Shown: one piece after another, positions 1-9,983 of the stretch
Numbering within the stretch: position 1 is the stretch's first letter
Layout: every line of letters starts with the position of its first letter
From: Desulfobacteraceae bacterium UBA2245
GTDB taxonomy: Bacteria > Desulfobacterota > Desulfobacteria > Desulfobacterales > UBA2245
Length of the DNA stretch: 64,000 bases
NCBI GenBank assembly: GCA_002347265.1
Contig: DDYB01000032.1
Span: 322,482-386,481, forward strand
Reading direction: 5' to 3'
The notes under the pieces: generated by a model
The model's input: only the letters and a program-made list of their open reading frames with translations
Database searches by the model: none
Told to the model about the DNA's origin: nothing
Program-made: the position numbers and the translations under genes

Positions 1-1
1 T

Positions 2-160
2 GCGGGGCATGTATGTCAGAATCTTTATCTGGCGTGTGAAGCCATTCATGCAGGCGCCTGCGCTGTCGGCGCCTACGACCAGGAACAGCTCGACGAACTG
101 CTTCAGATCGACGGCGCCGACGAGTTTGCCGTGTATCTGGCGCCGGTTGGAAAAATCTGA
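2..160 (+). CDS. 3' end of a nitroreductase-fold (SagB/ThcOx-like) oxidoreductase gene, cut by the window edge
   Basis: Frame-2 translation AGHVCQNLYLACEAIHAGACAVGAYDQEQLDELLQIDGADEFAVYLAPVGKI* looks like the conserved C-terminus of nitroreductase-family proteins. The listed ORF 9..308 is in another frame and looks spurious. Confidence 0.45.
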   Translation, partial: AGHVCQNLYLACEAIHAGACAVGAYDQEQLDELLQIDGADEFAVYLAPVGKI

Positions 161-279
161 CCACCGGTCCGTGATTTTCCATCCTTCGTCTCATCAGCAG
201 AAACCAGCCGGAAGCGTAAATTCGAAAATACCGTCATGTTGCTTGCAATATATCCTGACCAGATTTAAAAGAGTATTCC

Positions 280-2601
280 ATGGAACGAAAGAAAAAGCGC
301 ATCAATAAAAAGAGTGCATTCAAGCGCGTTGCAGTGGTTGCCGCTGCGGGGCTGGGAATCGCCGCCATGCTGCTGGCAATCTATATGTGGCATCTTTTCA
401 CCATGATCGACAACCGGTTTGCCGCCCGGCGCTGGAGCTTGCCTTCCAGCGTTTATTCGGACGCCATGCTGCTTTATCCCGGCCAGGCGCTGAACACGAA
501 CCTGTTTTTCGAAAAACTCAGGGATCTGGAATACCGGGAGGTGTCGGGTCAACCCCAGCGCAAAGGCGAACTCCGCAGATCCGGCGCTTTCTGGGATGTG
601 TATCTTCACGATCTGGTCATGCCTGCAAAACAGCGGGAGGGGTTCCGGGTCAGAATCAGTTTTCAAAAAAACCGGATTGAATCCATCGTTCGAATGGACA
701 GTCTGCAGCAACTGCCCATTCTGGAGCTTGAACCCGAACCGATCATGCTGCTGTTCGGCGGCAATCGGGAACAGCGGCAGCTCGTCTCGATCGATCAGGT
801 TCCGGACACGCTGAAATACGCCGTACTTGCGGCCGAAGACGCCGGTTTTTATAACCATTTCGGCGTTGATCCCCTGGGGATTTTAAGGGCGCTTTATAAA
901 AACATCCGTTACGGAGAGATCCGCCAGGGAGGTTCCACCCTGACCCAGCAGCTTGCGAAAAATTATTTTCTGACGCCGGAACGCACACTGCGTCGAAAGT
1001 TCAAGGAACTTTTCATATCACTGACCCTGGAAACCATGTTTGACAAAAACGAAATTCTGGAGCTTTACCTGAACGAGATCTATCTGGGCCAGAAAGGATC
1101 GATCTCGGTCTGCGGCGTGGGCGAGGCCTCGGTTTTTTATTTCGCGAAACCGGTCGAACAGCTTTCGCTGGTTGAGGCGGCCACCCTTGCCGGCCTGATC
1201 AAAGGCCCCAACCGGTATTCTCCCTATGCGGACCCGGCGCGATGCAAAGAGCGCCGCAACGCCGTTTTGCAGGAGATGCGCCGGAACGGATGGATTACAC
1301 AAGACGAACAGAATGATGCCCTGACATCCCCGGTCAAATCCGCCGGCTACAAGACCTACGGGAAAAAAGCCCCCTATTTTATCGACTATCTCTGCGAGCA
1401 GCTTCCGGAGTTATATTCGCCGGAGGATCTCTCATCTCTGGGACTTTCCATCTACACCACTCTGGATACCCAGGTGCAGGCAGCAGCGGAAAGCGCCTTG
1501 GAAAAGGGGCTTGCCCGGCTGGAAAAAAGCTACCCCGCCCTGAAACGAAAGCAGGCCGATCAGCAATTACAGGGCGCCGTGATCGTCATGCAGCCTAAAA
1601 CAGGCTATATTCTGGCCATGGACGGCGGACGCGATTACGCGATCAGCCAGTTCAACAGAATCACTCAGGCAATACGGCAGCCGGGAAGCGCCTTCAAACC
1701 CTTCGTCTATCTTTCCGCCCTGGACCGGTTCAGCCCTTCGTCTCTGTTTTCCAACGAACCGAAAACATACCAGATCAACGGAAAGCCGTGGCGGCCCCGG
1801 AACACGCACGCTCCAGCCGAGCACGGCCTTCGAATGAGAACGGCCTTGGCAAAGTCCGACAACCTGGCCGCCGTGGATCTGGCCATGAAAGTGGGGCTCA
1901 AAAACATTGTGGATACGGCCGGAACCTTCGGGTTTTCCACCCCGATGTCGCCCCAGCCTTCTCTGGCGCTCGGCGCTTTTGAGGTGATTCCTCTGGAACT
2001 GGCCCGGGCGTACTGCACATTTGCCGCCGAGGGCGTACAACCCCTTTGCCTGTCCATGAAAACGGTGACGGACGAGACCGGCAAGTTTCTGGAGCAGCGG
2101 CATATGCGGATTGAAAGGATCATTTCTCCGGAAAAAGCCTATATCATGAATTCTCTTTTGCGGAGCGTGGTGACGGAGGGGACCGCATCCTCACTGGCCC
2201 TCAGGGGCATTGATTTTCCGGCGGCAGGCAAAACAGGCACCACGAATGATTACCGGGATGCCTGGTTTGTCGGCTATACGCCGGATATTCTCGCCCTGGT
2301 TTGGGTCGGTTTCGACAACGGTGATTCGATCCATGCCGAAGGCGCTGTCGCCGCCCTTCCGATATGGGCGGAACTGATGCGGCAGCTGCCACAGTATGCG
2401 TCGGAGAACTGGTTCCGGCAGCCGCCGGACGTGATCTCCCGAGTCATCTGCGCTCAGAGCGGCGCGCTGGCCGTTAAGGGCGTCTGCCCCGAACCGATAG
2501 AAGAAGTTTTTTTGTCAACGAATGCGCCCGTTGATCCATGTGAGCTGCACAAGGCGGGAATTCTGGATCGGATTCTTAAAGGAATAGGTTATGACAGATA
2601 A
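280..2601 (+). CDS. mrcA: Class A penicillin-binding protein (PBP1A family, glycosyltransferase + transpeptidase)
   Basis: N-terminal TM helix. GT51 motifs EDAGFYNHFGVD and GGSTLTQQLAKN. Transpeptidase motifs SAFKPF (SxxK), SDN (SxN), KTGTT. Confidence 0.9.
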   Translation: MERKKKRINKKSAFKRVAVVAAAGLGIAAMLLAIYMWHLFTMIDNRFAARRWSLPSSVYSDAMLLYPGQALNTNLFFEKLRDLEYREVSGQPQRKGELRRSGAFWDVYLHDLVMPAKQREGFRVRISFQKNRIESIVRMDSLQQLPILELEPEPIMLLFGGNREQRQLVSIDQVPDTLKYAVLAAEDAGFYNHFGVDPLGILRALYKNIRYGEIRQGGSTLTQQLAKNYFLTPERTLRRKFKELFISLTLETMFDKNEILELYLNEIYLGQKGSISVCGVGEASVFYFAKPVEQLSLVEAATLAGLIKGPNRYSPYADPARCKERRNAVLQEMRRNGWITQDEQNDALTSPVKSAGYKTYGKKAPYFIDYLCEQLPELYSPEDLSSLGLSIYTTLDTQVQAAAESALEKGLARLEKSYPALKRKQADQQLQGAVIVMQPKTGYILAMDGGRDYAISQFNRITQAIRQPGSAFKPFVYLSALDRFSPSSLFSNEPKTYQINGKPWRPRNTHAPAEHGLRMRTALAKSDNLAAVDLAMKVGLKNIVDTAGTFGFSTPMSPQPSLALGAFEVIPLELARAYCTFAAEGVQPLCLSMKTVTDETGKFLEQRHMRIERIISPEKAYIMNSLLRSVVTEGTASSLALRGIDFPAAGKTGTTNDYRDAWFVGYTPDILALVWVGFDNGDSIHAEGAVAALPIWAELMRQLPQYASENWFRQPPDVISRVICAQSGALAVKGVCPEPIEEVFLSTNAPVDPCELHKAGILDRILKGIGYDR

Positions 2602-3130
2602 AAAACGGGTATGGCTGCTGACATTCTTTCTTTTGATCGCCATCGCCGCATCGGGATGTGCGCGGGTAATGATCGATCCATATGCAAGACCGCTGGAAAA
2701 GACGCCTCCGAAAGCGAAGACCGAGCCGGCTGAAGCAACGGTAAAAAAAACGCCATCCATTGAGGAGAGCCATAAGCCTGTGGTTGAAAAAGCGCCGGAG
2801 AAGATGTTTCCGATAGAGGAAGAAACACTTCCGGTTCCGAAACCGGCAAAACCCGATCCCAGAGCGTTGGCGTCCCTGGAATTGACGGAGCAGGGCCGGA
2901 TGCTTCTTGAACAGGGCAGAGTGGATGAAGCAATGACTGTTTTCGAAAGTGCCGTGAATCTTTCCCCCGAAAACGGACGGAATTATTACTATCTTGCCGA
3001 GGCGTGGCTTGTTAAGGGCGACCTTCGCCAGGCCCGGGAATGGAATCGTCTGGCCGAACTCTATCTGCAGGGCGATCCGGACTGGGCAAAAAGGGTGAGC
3101 AGTCAGAAAGTCAAGATCAACGGGGACTAA
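2591..3130 (+). CDS. TPR-repeat lipoprotein
   Basis: Signal peptide with lipobox LLIAIAASGC. TPR-like C-terminus (NGRNYYYLAEAWLVKGDLRQA). Start overlaps the PBP stop, consistent with an operon. Confidence 0.6.
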   Translation: MTDKKRVWLLTFFLLIAIAASGCARVMIDPYARPLEKTPPKAKTEPAEATVKKTPSIEESHKPVVEKAPEKMFPIEEETLPVPKPAKPDPRALASLELTEQGRMLLEQGRVDEAMTVFESAVNLSPENGRNYYYLAEAWLVKGDLRQAREWNRLAELYLQGDPDWAKRVSSQKVKINGD

Positions 3131-3250
3131 CCAGGCTGGAATGATGCTCGGCCCTGACAAATTCCGGGCAATGTCTTCTTTTGGACCGGATACTGTCGGA
3201 AGACGCGCATGTCTTCAGAAGATGAGCCATCAGCCGTCGCATTCCGGTCC

Positions 3251-3279
3251 GCGGCCGCCGGCGTTTTTCCGGCGGCCGC
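3251..3279. terminator. GC-rich hairpin between convergent genes (possible bidirectional terminator)
   Basis: Perfect 11 bp stem gcggccgccgg / ccggcggccgc with loop cgttttt. No strong U-tract on either strand. Confidence 0.35.
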
Positions 3280-3319
3280 AAGGAAAGCGGCGTATTCCAA
3301 ATGATGAACCGGCTTGCGT

Positions 3320-3799
3320 TCAGGGCATAGGTGGAACATCGGCTTTGAGCAGAGGAACTCTGGGCTCAAGCACCCTGAAGAGCAGCACCGGAACCGTGGC
3401 ATGCGTGACGACCTTTTCGGCGGTGCTTCCCAGGGTCCATGCCACCTCTCCCTTTCCGTGGGTTGCCATGGCAATGAGGTCCATCTTCTTTTCATCGGCA
3501 AAGGCGACGATTTCCCGCGCCGGCAGGCCCTTCAAACACTGGACTTCAAAGGGCACACCCTTTGCTTGAAACTGTTTGCCGACTTCTCCCAGGTAGCCGG
3601 CGCACTGAGCGATTTCAGAAGCCTCGGCTTTTTCCTCCAGTTTGGGCGGCATCTGCGCCGCGATCGCGGTGACAGGCGCGTAAAAGACGTGCAGCAGAAC
3701 GACCTTGGCATTGCTGGTTTTGGCGAATTCAATGACTTTCGGCAAAATCTTTTCCGCCATTTTGGAGCCATCCAGTGGTACAAGAATCTTGTTGAACAT
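3320..3799 (-). CDS. Universal stress protein (UspA family)
   Basis: MFNKILVPLDGS... start, C-terminal GKGEVAWTLGSTAEKVVTHATVPVLL, typical Usp ATP-binding region. Confidence 0.8.
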   Translation of the reverse strand: MFNKILVPLDGSKMAEKILPKVIEFAKTSNAKVVLLHVFYAPVTAIAAQMPPKLEEKAEASEIAQCAGYLGEVGKQFQAKGVPFEVQCLKGLPAREIVAFADEKKMDLIAMATHGKGEVAWTLGSTAEKVVTHATVPVLLFRVLEPRVPLLKADVPPMP

Positions 3800-4321
3800 A
3801 ATGACCTCCTTTGCTGATGTTGTTGATCATGATGCACAATTCCTGACAGCTGCTTTCCGGAAGGTTTATGGTGAAAGCCTCCGGCAAAAAAAGCGCTGAT
3901 TTCAACATGCCAAGGCGCATCGAAAAATTATTGCTCAGAAATGTTCTATCCGGATGCAGAATCGCTATTGTCTGCCTGTTTGCAGGAAATCCGGAGATGG
4001 CCCAAATATTCTGTTGTTTCAGCGCTGATCCGCTTTATCAAAATTGAATGCCACCCATTGCGAAATCAGAGGCATTGAGAAATCGGTTGATTTGAATCTT
4101 TGTGTGCGGGCTTTTTTAAAATATAAAGTAAGGGAAATGAATGTGTCAATAGAACATTTTTAAAATAATAGGGCAGTTGCTTTGACCTGAGGGCTTCGTT
4201 CTGATAAATTCGAAAATATTTCAAAATCAGGTCCATGTCTACGGCCAGGAAAAGTGCACGGCTTGGAATGATTTTTATCGCCGGCTTTTGATAATTTTCA
4301 ATCCGGTCGAGGAGGTTATGA

Positions 4322-4783
4322 ATGCTCGAAACCGATCAGAGAGAGATTGTCGAATTGCTGTATCAACAGGAAATGATTCTTGGAAAGCTTTATCAGATAT
4401 TTGCCGCCAAGTTCGCTGAATACGCGGATTTCTGGACCGATCTTGCCGGAGAGGAAGCCCGGCATGCCGAGTTGATCCAAAAATTGTATCAGGCCGGAAA
4501 AAAGGATTGGGTCTCTTTCAGAGAGGGGAAAATAAGAGCGCAGAGCATTTCGACCTTCATTGAGCATGTCAAAAGCCTTGCCGTACAGGCGGAAAACGAC
4601 GAAATCGATTTCAAAAGTGCGGTTGCCCATACCCTGGATCTGGAAAAATCACTTCTTGAAAAAAACGTCTTTTCCCGTTTTGAGGCAATGGACGCCCGTA
4701 TAAAGGAGGTTATGATCAGGCTTGAGAATGAAACCAGAAAACATGCCGCAAAGGCACGGTCTCTGATGGAAAAAATTTTATAG
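4322..4783 (+). CDS. Ferritin-like / rubrerythrin-type four-helix-bundle protein
   Basis: 153 aa helical protein with two E..H pairs (GEEARH, ENETRKH). GGAGG RBS 6 nt upstream of the ATG at 4322. Confidence 0.55.
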   Translation: MLETDQREIVELLYQQEMILGKLYQIFAAKFAEYADFWTDLAGEEARHAELIQKLYQAGKKDWVSFREGKIRAQSISTFIEHVKSLAVQAENDEIDFKSAVAHTLDLEKSLLEKNVFSRFEAMDARIKEVMIRLENETRKHAAKARSLMEKIL

Positions 4784-4854
4784 GGCGGCTGTTTTCAAAA
4801 AATACCGAACCTTTTCCCCCGGAACGGACCCATCGGGCTGACGCTTTTCGCGAT

Positions 4855-6624
4855 TCATGATGATCCGGATTTTGCCGGAATTCTGGAAACGTCCTGAAAC
4901 ATTCCCCGCCAGAGCCCGATGAAAAAGCGCCTGGCATTGGCGCCGATCGAACGGTTGTCGTATCCGCCTTCCTGAATCACCAGGGTCGGCAGTCTCAGTT
5001 TGCCAATGCGCCGGCCGACCGCTTCAAAGTCGTTTCCCGTCAAAGCCCAGGTGCCTGTAGGGTCTCCCCTGGCCGTGTCCAGTCCCAGGCACACGACCAA
5101 ATACGCCGGCTTGAACCGTCTGATCCGGTGCAGTGCCTGATCGACCGTTTCCATATATCTGCTCCCGTCCACCTGCTCGGGCAACGGATAATTGATGTTG
5201 AAACCAAATCCCTGGTCCTGGCCCCGTTCCTTCGAAAATCCGCTGAAATAAGGGTAGGCGATGGACGGTTTGCCGTGGATCGAAACGGTGAGCACATCGT
5301 TTCGCCGATAAAAAATCATCTGCTGGCCATTGCCGTGATGGTAATCCAGATCCAGCATGGCGATATTTCCGTATCGGCTCAGATGGTTTGCCGCGATCGC
5401 CGCATTGTTGAAATAGCAGAATCCGCCGAAGGCCCGGTGCTCGGCATGGTGGCCCGGAGGCCTTACCAGTGCGTAAGCCGCATACGCGCCTTCCATCAGC
5501 TTGGATGCGGCTGTCAGCGCGCAGTCCACGGCTCTCCGGGCGGCGGTGAACGCATTTCGGCTCAGCGGGGTGAACGTGTCGATGCAGTAATACCCCGCCC
5601 GGACGGCAAGATCCCGGGGGGGCTTGGCGGCGTTTCGAATCGGAAACACGTAAGGATATATCGGACGATGCGGTTCGATGGCAGCGCACACCCGTTTGAA
5701 GTATTTAACAAAGCCGGCGTCGTGAACCGCCAGAATGTTCTTGTCGGAAAATTCCTTCGGCATGACCCGTTCAAAGATGTCCGCTTTTTCCAGGGATTTT
5801 AAAATCGATCGAATTCGAACCGGGCTTTCCACATATCCCCGCTCGTGAACATGGTGGATCTGGTGCTGATCTGTCACAACCAGGGCAATACGCTTCAGGC
5901 GACCCGATGGGGCGATGATTGCCTCCTCTTTCCGCGCATAACGCGGTTCCCGGAGCCGGACCGGGTCGTCCTGAAAAGAATCGAGGACCATCTTCACATA
6001 CACCGGGCTGCACAGATCCTTGTATTTCTTGGTTAAAACCGCCGCCACCACCTTTCTGGCAAGGTTCCGGCTCAGGGGCCGATTCTGCCCCAGGTTGTCG
6101 AATACCAGATACGGCGGGTTGTCGCCTCCGGGGGTTACCGGGGTTTCATAGGCGGTATTGATGATGGGCCGTGCGCCGTGTGTTTCGTAGAATTTCAGCC
6201 GGGCCCTGTTTTTCATGAGCATCCGGGGGTCCCTGCACAGCGCCGGATCATCCGGCAGGCACTCAAAAAACAGACCGATCACGCCCAGAGTGAGCGCTTC
6301 CTCCTGAATTTGTTCATAAAGCGAGCTGCCCACACCGCGACCCCGTACACCGGGCGCCGAGGATAAAAAGTCCAGATAACAGAAGCCGAGTTCCGGATCA
6401 TGCGAAAGAAGCGCGAAGCTTTGGACCTTTCCCCCCAGGCTCTCGGTGACGTAGATCATGGAGCGGAACTGGTACTTGAAAGGATTTCTCAGCATTTCCG
6501 GAATTTTGTCGATTTTGGCGCCGTTGACCGCATGGAACTGAGTTGCCAGAATTTCCCGGATCTGGCCGATTGCGTGCTGATTGGCGGGATGTACATCATC
6601 AAATATTCGCCGGATTCGAAACAT
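4855..6624 (-). CDS. Fusion protein: N-terminal GNAT acetyltransferase + C-terminal histone-deacetylase/acetylpolyamine-amidohydrolase domain
   Basis: GNAT acetyl-CoA motif VRGRGVGSSLY in the first ~200 aa. HDAC-family motifs RPPGHHAEHRAFGGFCYFNNAAIAA and DLDYHHGNGQQ in the C-terminal ~340 aa. Confidence 0.8.
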   Translation of the reverse strand: MFRIRRIFDDVHPANQHAIGQIREILATQFHAVNGAKIDKIPEMLRNPFKYQFRSMIYVTESLGGKVQSFALLSHDPELGFCYLDFLSSAPGVRGRGVGSSLYEQIQEEALTLGVIGLFFECLPDDPALCRDPRMLMKNRARLKFYETHGARPIINTAYETPVTPGGDNPPYLVFDNLGQNRPLSRNLARKVVAAVLTKKYKDLCSPVYVKMVLDSFQDDPVRLREPRYARKEEAIIAPSGRLKRIALVVTDQHQIHHVHERGYVESPVRIRSILKSLEKADIFERVMPKEFSDKNILAVHDAGFVKYFKRVCAAIEPHRPIYPYVFPIRNAAKPPRDLAVRAGYYCIDTFTPLSRNAFTAARRAVDCALTAASKLMEGAYAAYALVRPPGHHAEHRAFGGFCYFNNAAIAANHLSRYGNIAMLDLDYHHGNGQQMIFYRRNDVLTVSIHGKPSIAYPYFSGFSKERGQDQGFGFNINYPLPEQVDGSRYMETVDQALHRIRRFKPAYLVVCLGLDTARGDPTGTWALTGNDFEAVGRRIGKLRLPTLVIQEGGYDNRSIGANARRFFIGLWRGMFQDVSRIPAKSGSS

Positions 6625-6752
6625 GGCAAAAAGCTTTCAGAACAGAAAAATTTTCGTCAACCTCATTCGGAAAGGCAACCCGAGGCATGCGTTTTTCCAG
6701 AATCACCGCGCCTTTCCGGAGCTTGGATTTAAGGCCGATTAACCTTCCGCTG

Positions 6753-7781
6753 TCACTTCCGTTCGGAGAGCGATTTAACGCCCCATGTTTCGATCAGACG
6801 GTTGATGTCGGTGGTCTTTAAATTCATCCCGCCCTCTGAGACCGGCAGCAGCATGATGCGCTTTCCCTGAATCGCCTCGGCGATTCTCAGTTTTACAATC
6901 GCTTCACCCCCGTTCCCTGCCAGAGCGTTATTCATTTCCCTGATCCCGTTCGCTTCCGCAATGCCTTCGGCCTGGATGGCCTTGGCTAGGAGTTCCTGCT
7001 GTTCCTGGTATACATCGGCCTCGATTTTTTCCTTGAGATATTGGCCGTCAGCGTCTGCCACCATTTTGTTGACTTCTCCGCGGGCTTCTTCAAGTTTGCG
7101 TTTGTATTCTTCACGGGCCGCATGCTGGGCGGACTTGTTTTTCTCCACCTGCTGATCAGCCACCTTCTTGTCTTCGATGGCTTTCTGATATTCGGGGTTG
7201 AAACGATAATCGTTGGTCAACACCTTTTCGACGATGATGCCCATGGGCCCCAGAATTTTCTGTAACGCATTCCGGGCCTTTTCAGACTGGGCTTCGCGTG
7301 CATCGGCAACATAGAAGGCTTCAGTTTTAAGTTCGCCGAAAATGTCCCTCGGTTTGCTGCGGGCAACGGTTCGCACCACTTTGTCCCGCAGGCTGATGAC
7401 ATCCCTGGCAACATACTGGAGAATATAGGGCGCCTTGTCCGCATCGATGCGATAGGCGATGATCACATCCAGGCTGATGTCGTTTCCGTCGATGGTTTTA
7501 AGCAATAAATCGTCTCTGGACTGGCGGTCCCCCTTCACCTGCGAATACGTCATCTCCAGATTCTGCAGTTTGGTGTCAAAAACATGCCAATCGTTAATAA
7601 ACGGAAGGAAAAAATAGGTGGCGCCCGGAGCGTAGATCCGATCCTCAACGCCCTTGGGGCCGATAAAAGCGATTTTGCGGGTTCTGACGCCCACCTCCGT
7701 CTCTCCGGTGGTATGGGGAACGCAGCCGGTCGCGGCAAACACGGCCGTCATGAGAACAATCCGGATCAAAAAGCGTTTCAT
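6753..7781 (-). CDS. SPFH/band-7 (prohibitin-like) domain lipoprotein
   Basis: Lipobox VFAATGC. SPFH core followed by a charged coiled-coil (EYKRKLEEARGEVNK...). Confidence 0.75.
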   Translation of the reverse strand: MKRFLIRIVLMTAVFAATGCVPHTTGETEVGVRTRKIAFIGPKGVEDRIYAPGATYFFLPFINDWHVFDTKLQNLEMTYSQVKGDRQSRDDLLLKTIDGNDISLDVIIAYRIDADKAPYILQYVARDVISLRDKVVRTVARSKPRDIFGELKTEAFYVADAREAQSEKARNALQKILGPMGIIVEKVLTNDYRFNPEYQKAIEDKKVADQQVEKNKSAQHAAREEYKRKLEEARGEVNKMVADADGQYLKEKIEADVYQEQQELLAKAIQAEGIAEANGIREMNNALAGNGGEAIVKLRIAEAIQGKRIMLLPVSEGGMNLKTTDINRLIETWGVKSLSERK

Positions 7782-8878
7782 TTGCCGTCTCCTTTGCGAA
7801 CATCAAATAATTGCAGGGCATTGTCCAGATTCAAGGGATTGACGCCGACGGGACCGTCGCTGGGCAGTATGATCATCTCCAGTCCCTTGTATACATCGGC
7901 CATTTTCAGCCCCACCATGCGTTCGGAGCCGATTCCTTTCAGAGCTTCATTTTTCAGGCGTACACGTTCCGCCTCCGCCAGTTTTACCAGCAGGTCGGCT
8001 TCCGCTTTTTTCTTGCGAACATAGAGATCTTTTTCGGCGATCTTGCGGGTGACGTAGGCCTTGCCTTTTTCAATCTCAACGGCGGCGATAACCATCCCTT
8101 CCTGAACGATTTTCTTCAATTCAGCCTCCTCCTTGGCCGCGCGGGCCGCCGCCTGATTGGTAAACACCATCTGGTCCTGGAGCTTCTTCTCCTCTATGTT
8201 TTTCTGGATTTCCTTACTGTATATAAAATAGCGCACCAGGACCTGATCCACTTCAAGGCCTTTTAAATTCAATTCGCTGTTGAGTCTCTGCTTGGCTTCT
8301 TCCGTCTTCCGGACCCTCATCGGACTGTTGTAGAATTCTTCGGTGGTCAACTTTCCTAGGGTCTCCTTCAACGCCGGTTCGGCCTTGGGGATGATGCCGT
8401 TGTCCTCAAAGAGAGTTCCGGGACCGATGGTGGTAAAAACCAGGTAGGGGTCCTTGACGTGGTAGAGAAAGGAAACGTCCACATCCACGAAAAAGCCGTC
8501 CGATGTCTGAATGTGGGCCGCCCGGTCTTTTCTGGCAGCGCCTGAGGCGGTTTCTGGGAAATTGGTCAGTTCAAGAACCTGAATGCCCTTGGGAAGGCGG
8601 TATATCTGCTGCAGCCCGAAGGGCAGAACAAAAGCTATGCCCGCCTGATGGATCTTTTTTTGGACGCCGCGGTTTATGCCGATTCGGGCCACCTTGATGC
8701 CGTACTCATCGGGCTGGATGTAGACGAAAAAGAGGTTGAAGCCGAAAAAGACCAGCACAACCCCGATGATGAGGAACTTCCAGGCCCGCGTCAGCCTTAG
8801 ATTCAGCGACGGAAATCTGAATCGCCCCATCCGTTCATTGATGTATGAAGCAATCTTATTCCTCGAATCTTCATCCAC
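7778..8878 (-). CDS. SPFH/band-7 domain membrane protein (HflK/C-like)
   Basis: N-terminal TM helix (FLIIGVVLVFFGFNLFFVYI), SPFH core, C-terminal coiled-coil. 4 bp overlap with the downstream SPFH gene. Confidence 0.75.
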   Translation of the reverse strand: MDEDSRNKIASYINERMGRFRFPSLNLRLTRAWKFLIIGVVLVFFGFNLFFVYIQPDEYGIKVARIGINRGVQKKIHQAGIAFVLPFGLQQIYRLPKGIQVLELTNFPETASGAARKDRAAHIQTSDGFFVDVDVSFLYHVKDPYLVFTTIGPGTLFEDNGIIPKAEPALKETLGKLTTEEFYNSPMRVRKTEEAKQRLNSELNLKGLEVDQVLVRYFIYSKEIQKNIEEKKLQDQMVFTNQAAARAAKEEAELKKIVQEGMVIAAVEIEKGKAYVTRKIAEKDLYVRKKKAEADLLVKLAEAERVRLKNEALKGIGSERMVGLKMADVYKGLEMIILPSDGPVGVNPLNLDNALQLFDVRKGDGK

Positions 8879-9198
8879 GTTCTTACTCTCCTTTCAAAAG
8901 ATGCCGGCTGCAAGGAAAACGGTAATGTCTGGCTTAAAAAAACCGCCGACCAAAACTGCAAACCTTTGTATTTGCCTTTGGTTGCGATGCTTAATGAAGA
9001 TGAATATCTTCCAAGTTAGTTTAAAATCGACTGTTCGGCAAGAGGGCAAATTATCTCATGAAAAATTCCCGCCTGTTGTGGCCGGAATGATTGCTTTTTT
9101 GTGTCGTACTGAGTCCACTCGGAATGTTTTTGATATGAAAGGTTGAACCCTGACCTTTGAAAAAGCAGGATAAAGGATGGTATTCAGTATACTGGCAT

Positions 9199-9957
9199 TT
9201 ATCGGAAAATTGCTTCCAGAAGGCTTTTAACCGCCTGGCTGGACATTTCTTCCAGCAGAGGGCTTCCTTCAAAGGGAGCCAGCCGGTTGTATCCCACGCC
9301 CGAACCCTCCCAAAGGTGCTGACATGTTTTGGTGTCCCAGATCTGCCCTGAGATTTTTACCGATCTGAACTCGGATTTCCGGCCAATGGTCCAGACCAGT
9401 GTCATGGAGGCATCGGTCTTGTATTCGGATACGACGGCGATGCTGATGAACAGAAAACGGGAATTTAATGCTTTTCCAAAGCTTTGAAGGGTATTGGCAT
9501 CAAGGCCGGTTTGCGTGAATTCCGTATCGAACTTGCTGTAGGCGGCGGCCATGCCGGCATCGTTTAAGCGAATCAGGGCGTCGCCGGGTGTAATCAGGCG
9601 GATTTCAGGCAGCTTGGATTGAAATTGGCTGAGCAGCGTTTCGTTGAGAATGATCCGGTAGGCGCTGGCAACATTGCCCTGTTTTTCCTCTGGTTTTTCG
9701 GCGGATTTTCCCGGTGCGTAGGGGGCGGAAACAATTTCACCGCCTTTTTCCGGCGACTTCTCGACAGGCCGCATCAGAACGATCACCGGAAGAAGGGCAA
9801 GTCCCTCATGGTTGAGAACCGATTCGGTGAATGATTCCTGGCGGAAGGATTCCTCAGACCAGCCTTTAATTTTTGAATAACATCCTGCAAAACATGCGCT
9901 CAGGACGGTGACAAGGAGAACCGCAAGAAAACATTTTGAACGGGAAAAAACGCCCAT
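9199..9957 (-). CDS. Hypothetical lipoprotein
   Basis: Signal peptide with lipobox LSACFAGC. No recognisable catalytic motif. Confidence 0.5.
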   Translation of the reverse strand: MGVFSRSKCFLAVLLVTVLSACFAGCYSKIKGWSEESFRQESFTESVLNHEGLALLPVIVLMRPVEKSPEKGGEIVSAPYAPGKSAEKPEEKQGNVASAYRIILNETLLSQFQSKLPEIRLITPGDALIRLNDAGMAAAYSKFDTEFTQTGLDANTLQSFGKALNSRFLFISIAVVSEYKTDASMTLVWTIGRKSEFRSVKISGQIWDTKTCQHLWEGSGVGYNRLAPFEGSPLLEEMSSQAVKSLLEAIFR

Positions 9958-9983
9958 TGTTGCCTCCGCTTAAAAACCCGGTT

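Noticed and set aside
9-308. ORF 9..308 (+), 99 aa, at the window start
   Set aside because: The translation is low-complexity and it overlaps the PBP start. The alternative frame 2..160 gives a recognisable nitroreductase-family C-terminus.
6625-6752. Sigma-54-like match CTGGAAAAACGCATGCC upstream of the GNAT-HDAC gene (minus strand)
   Set aside because: Only the GG-N10-GC skeleton matches. The -24 (TGGAAA) and -12 (ATGC) elements are poor, and such skeleton matches are expected by chance.
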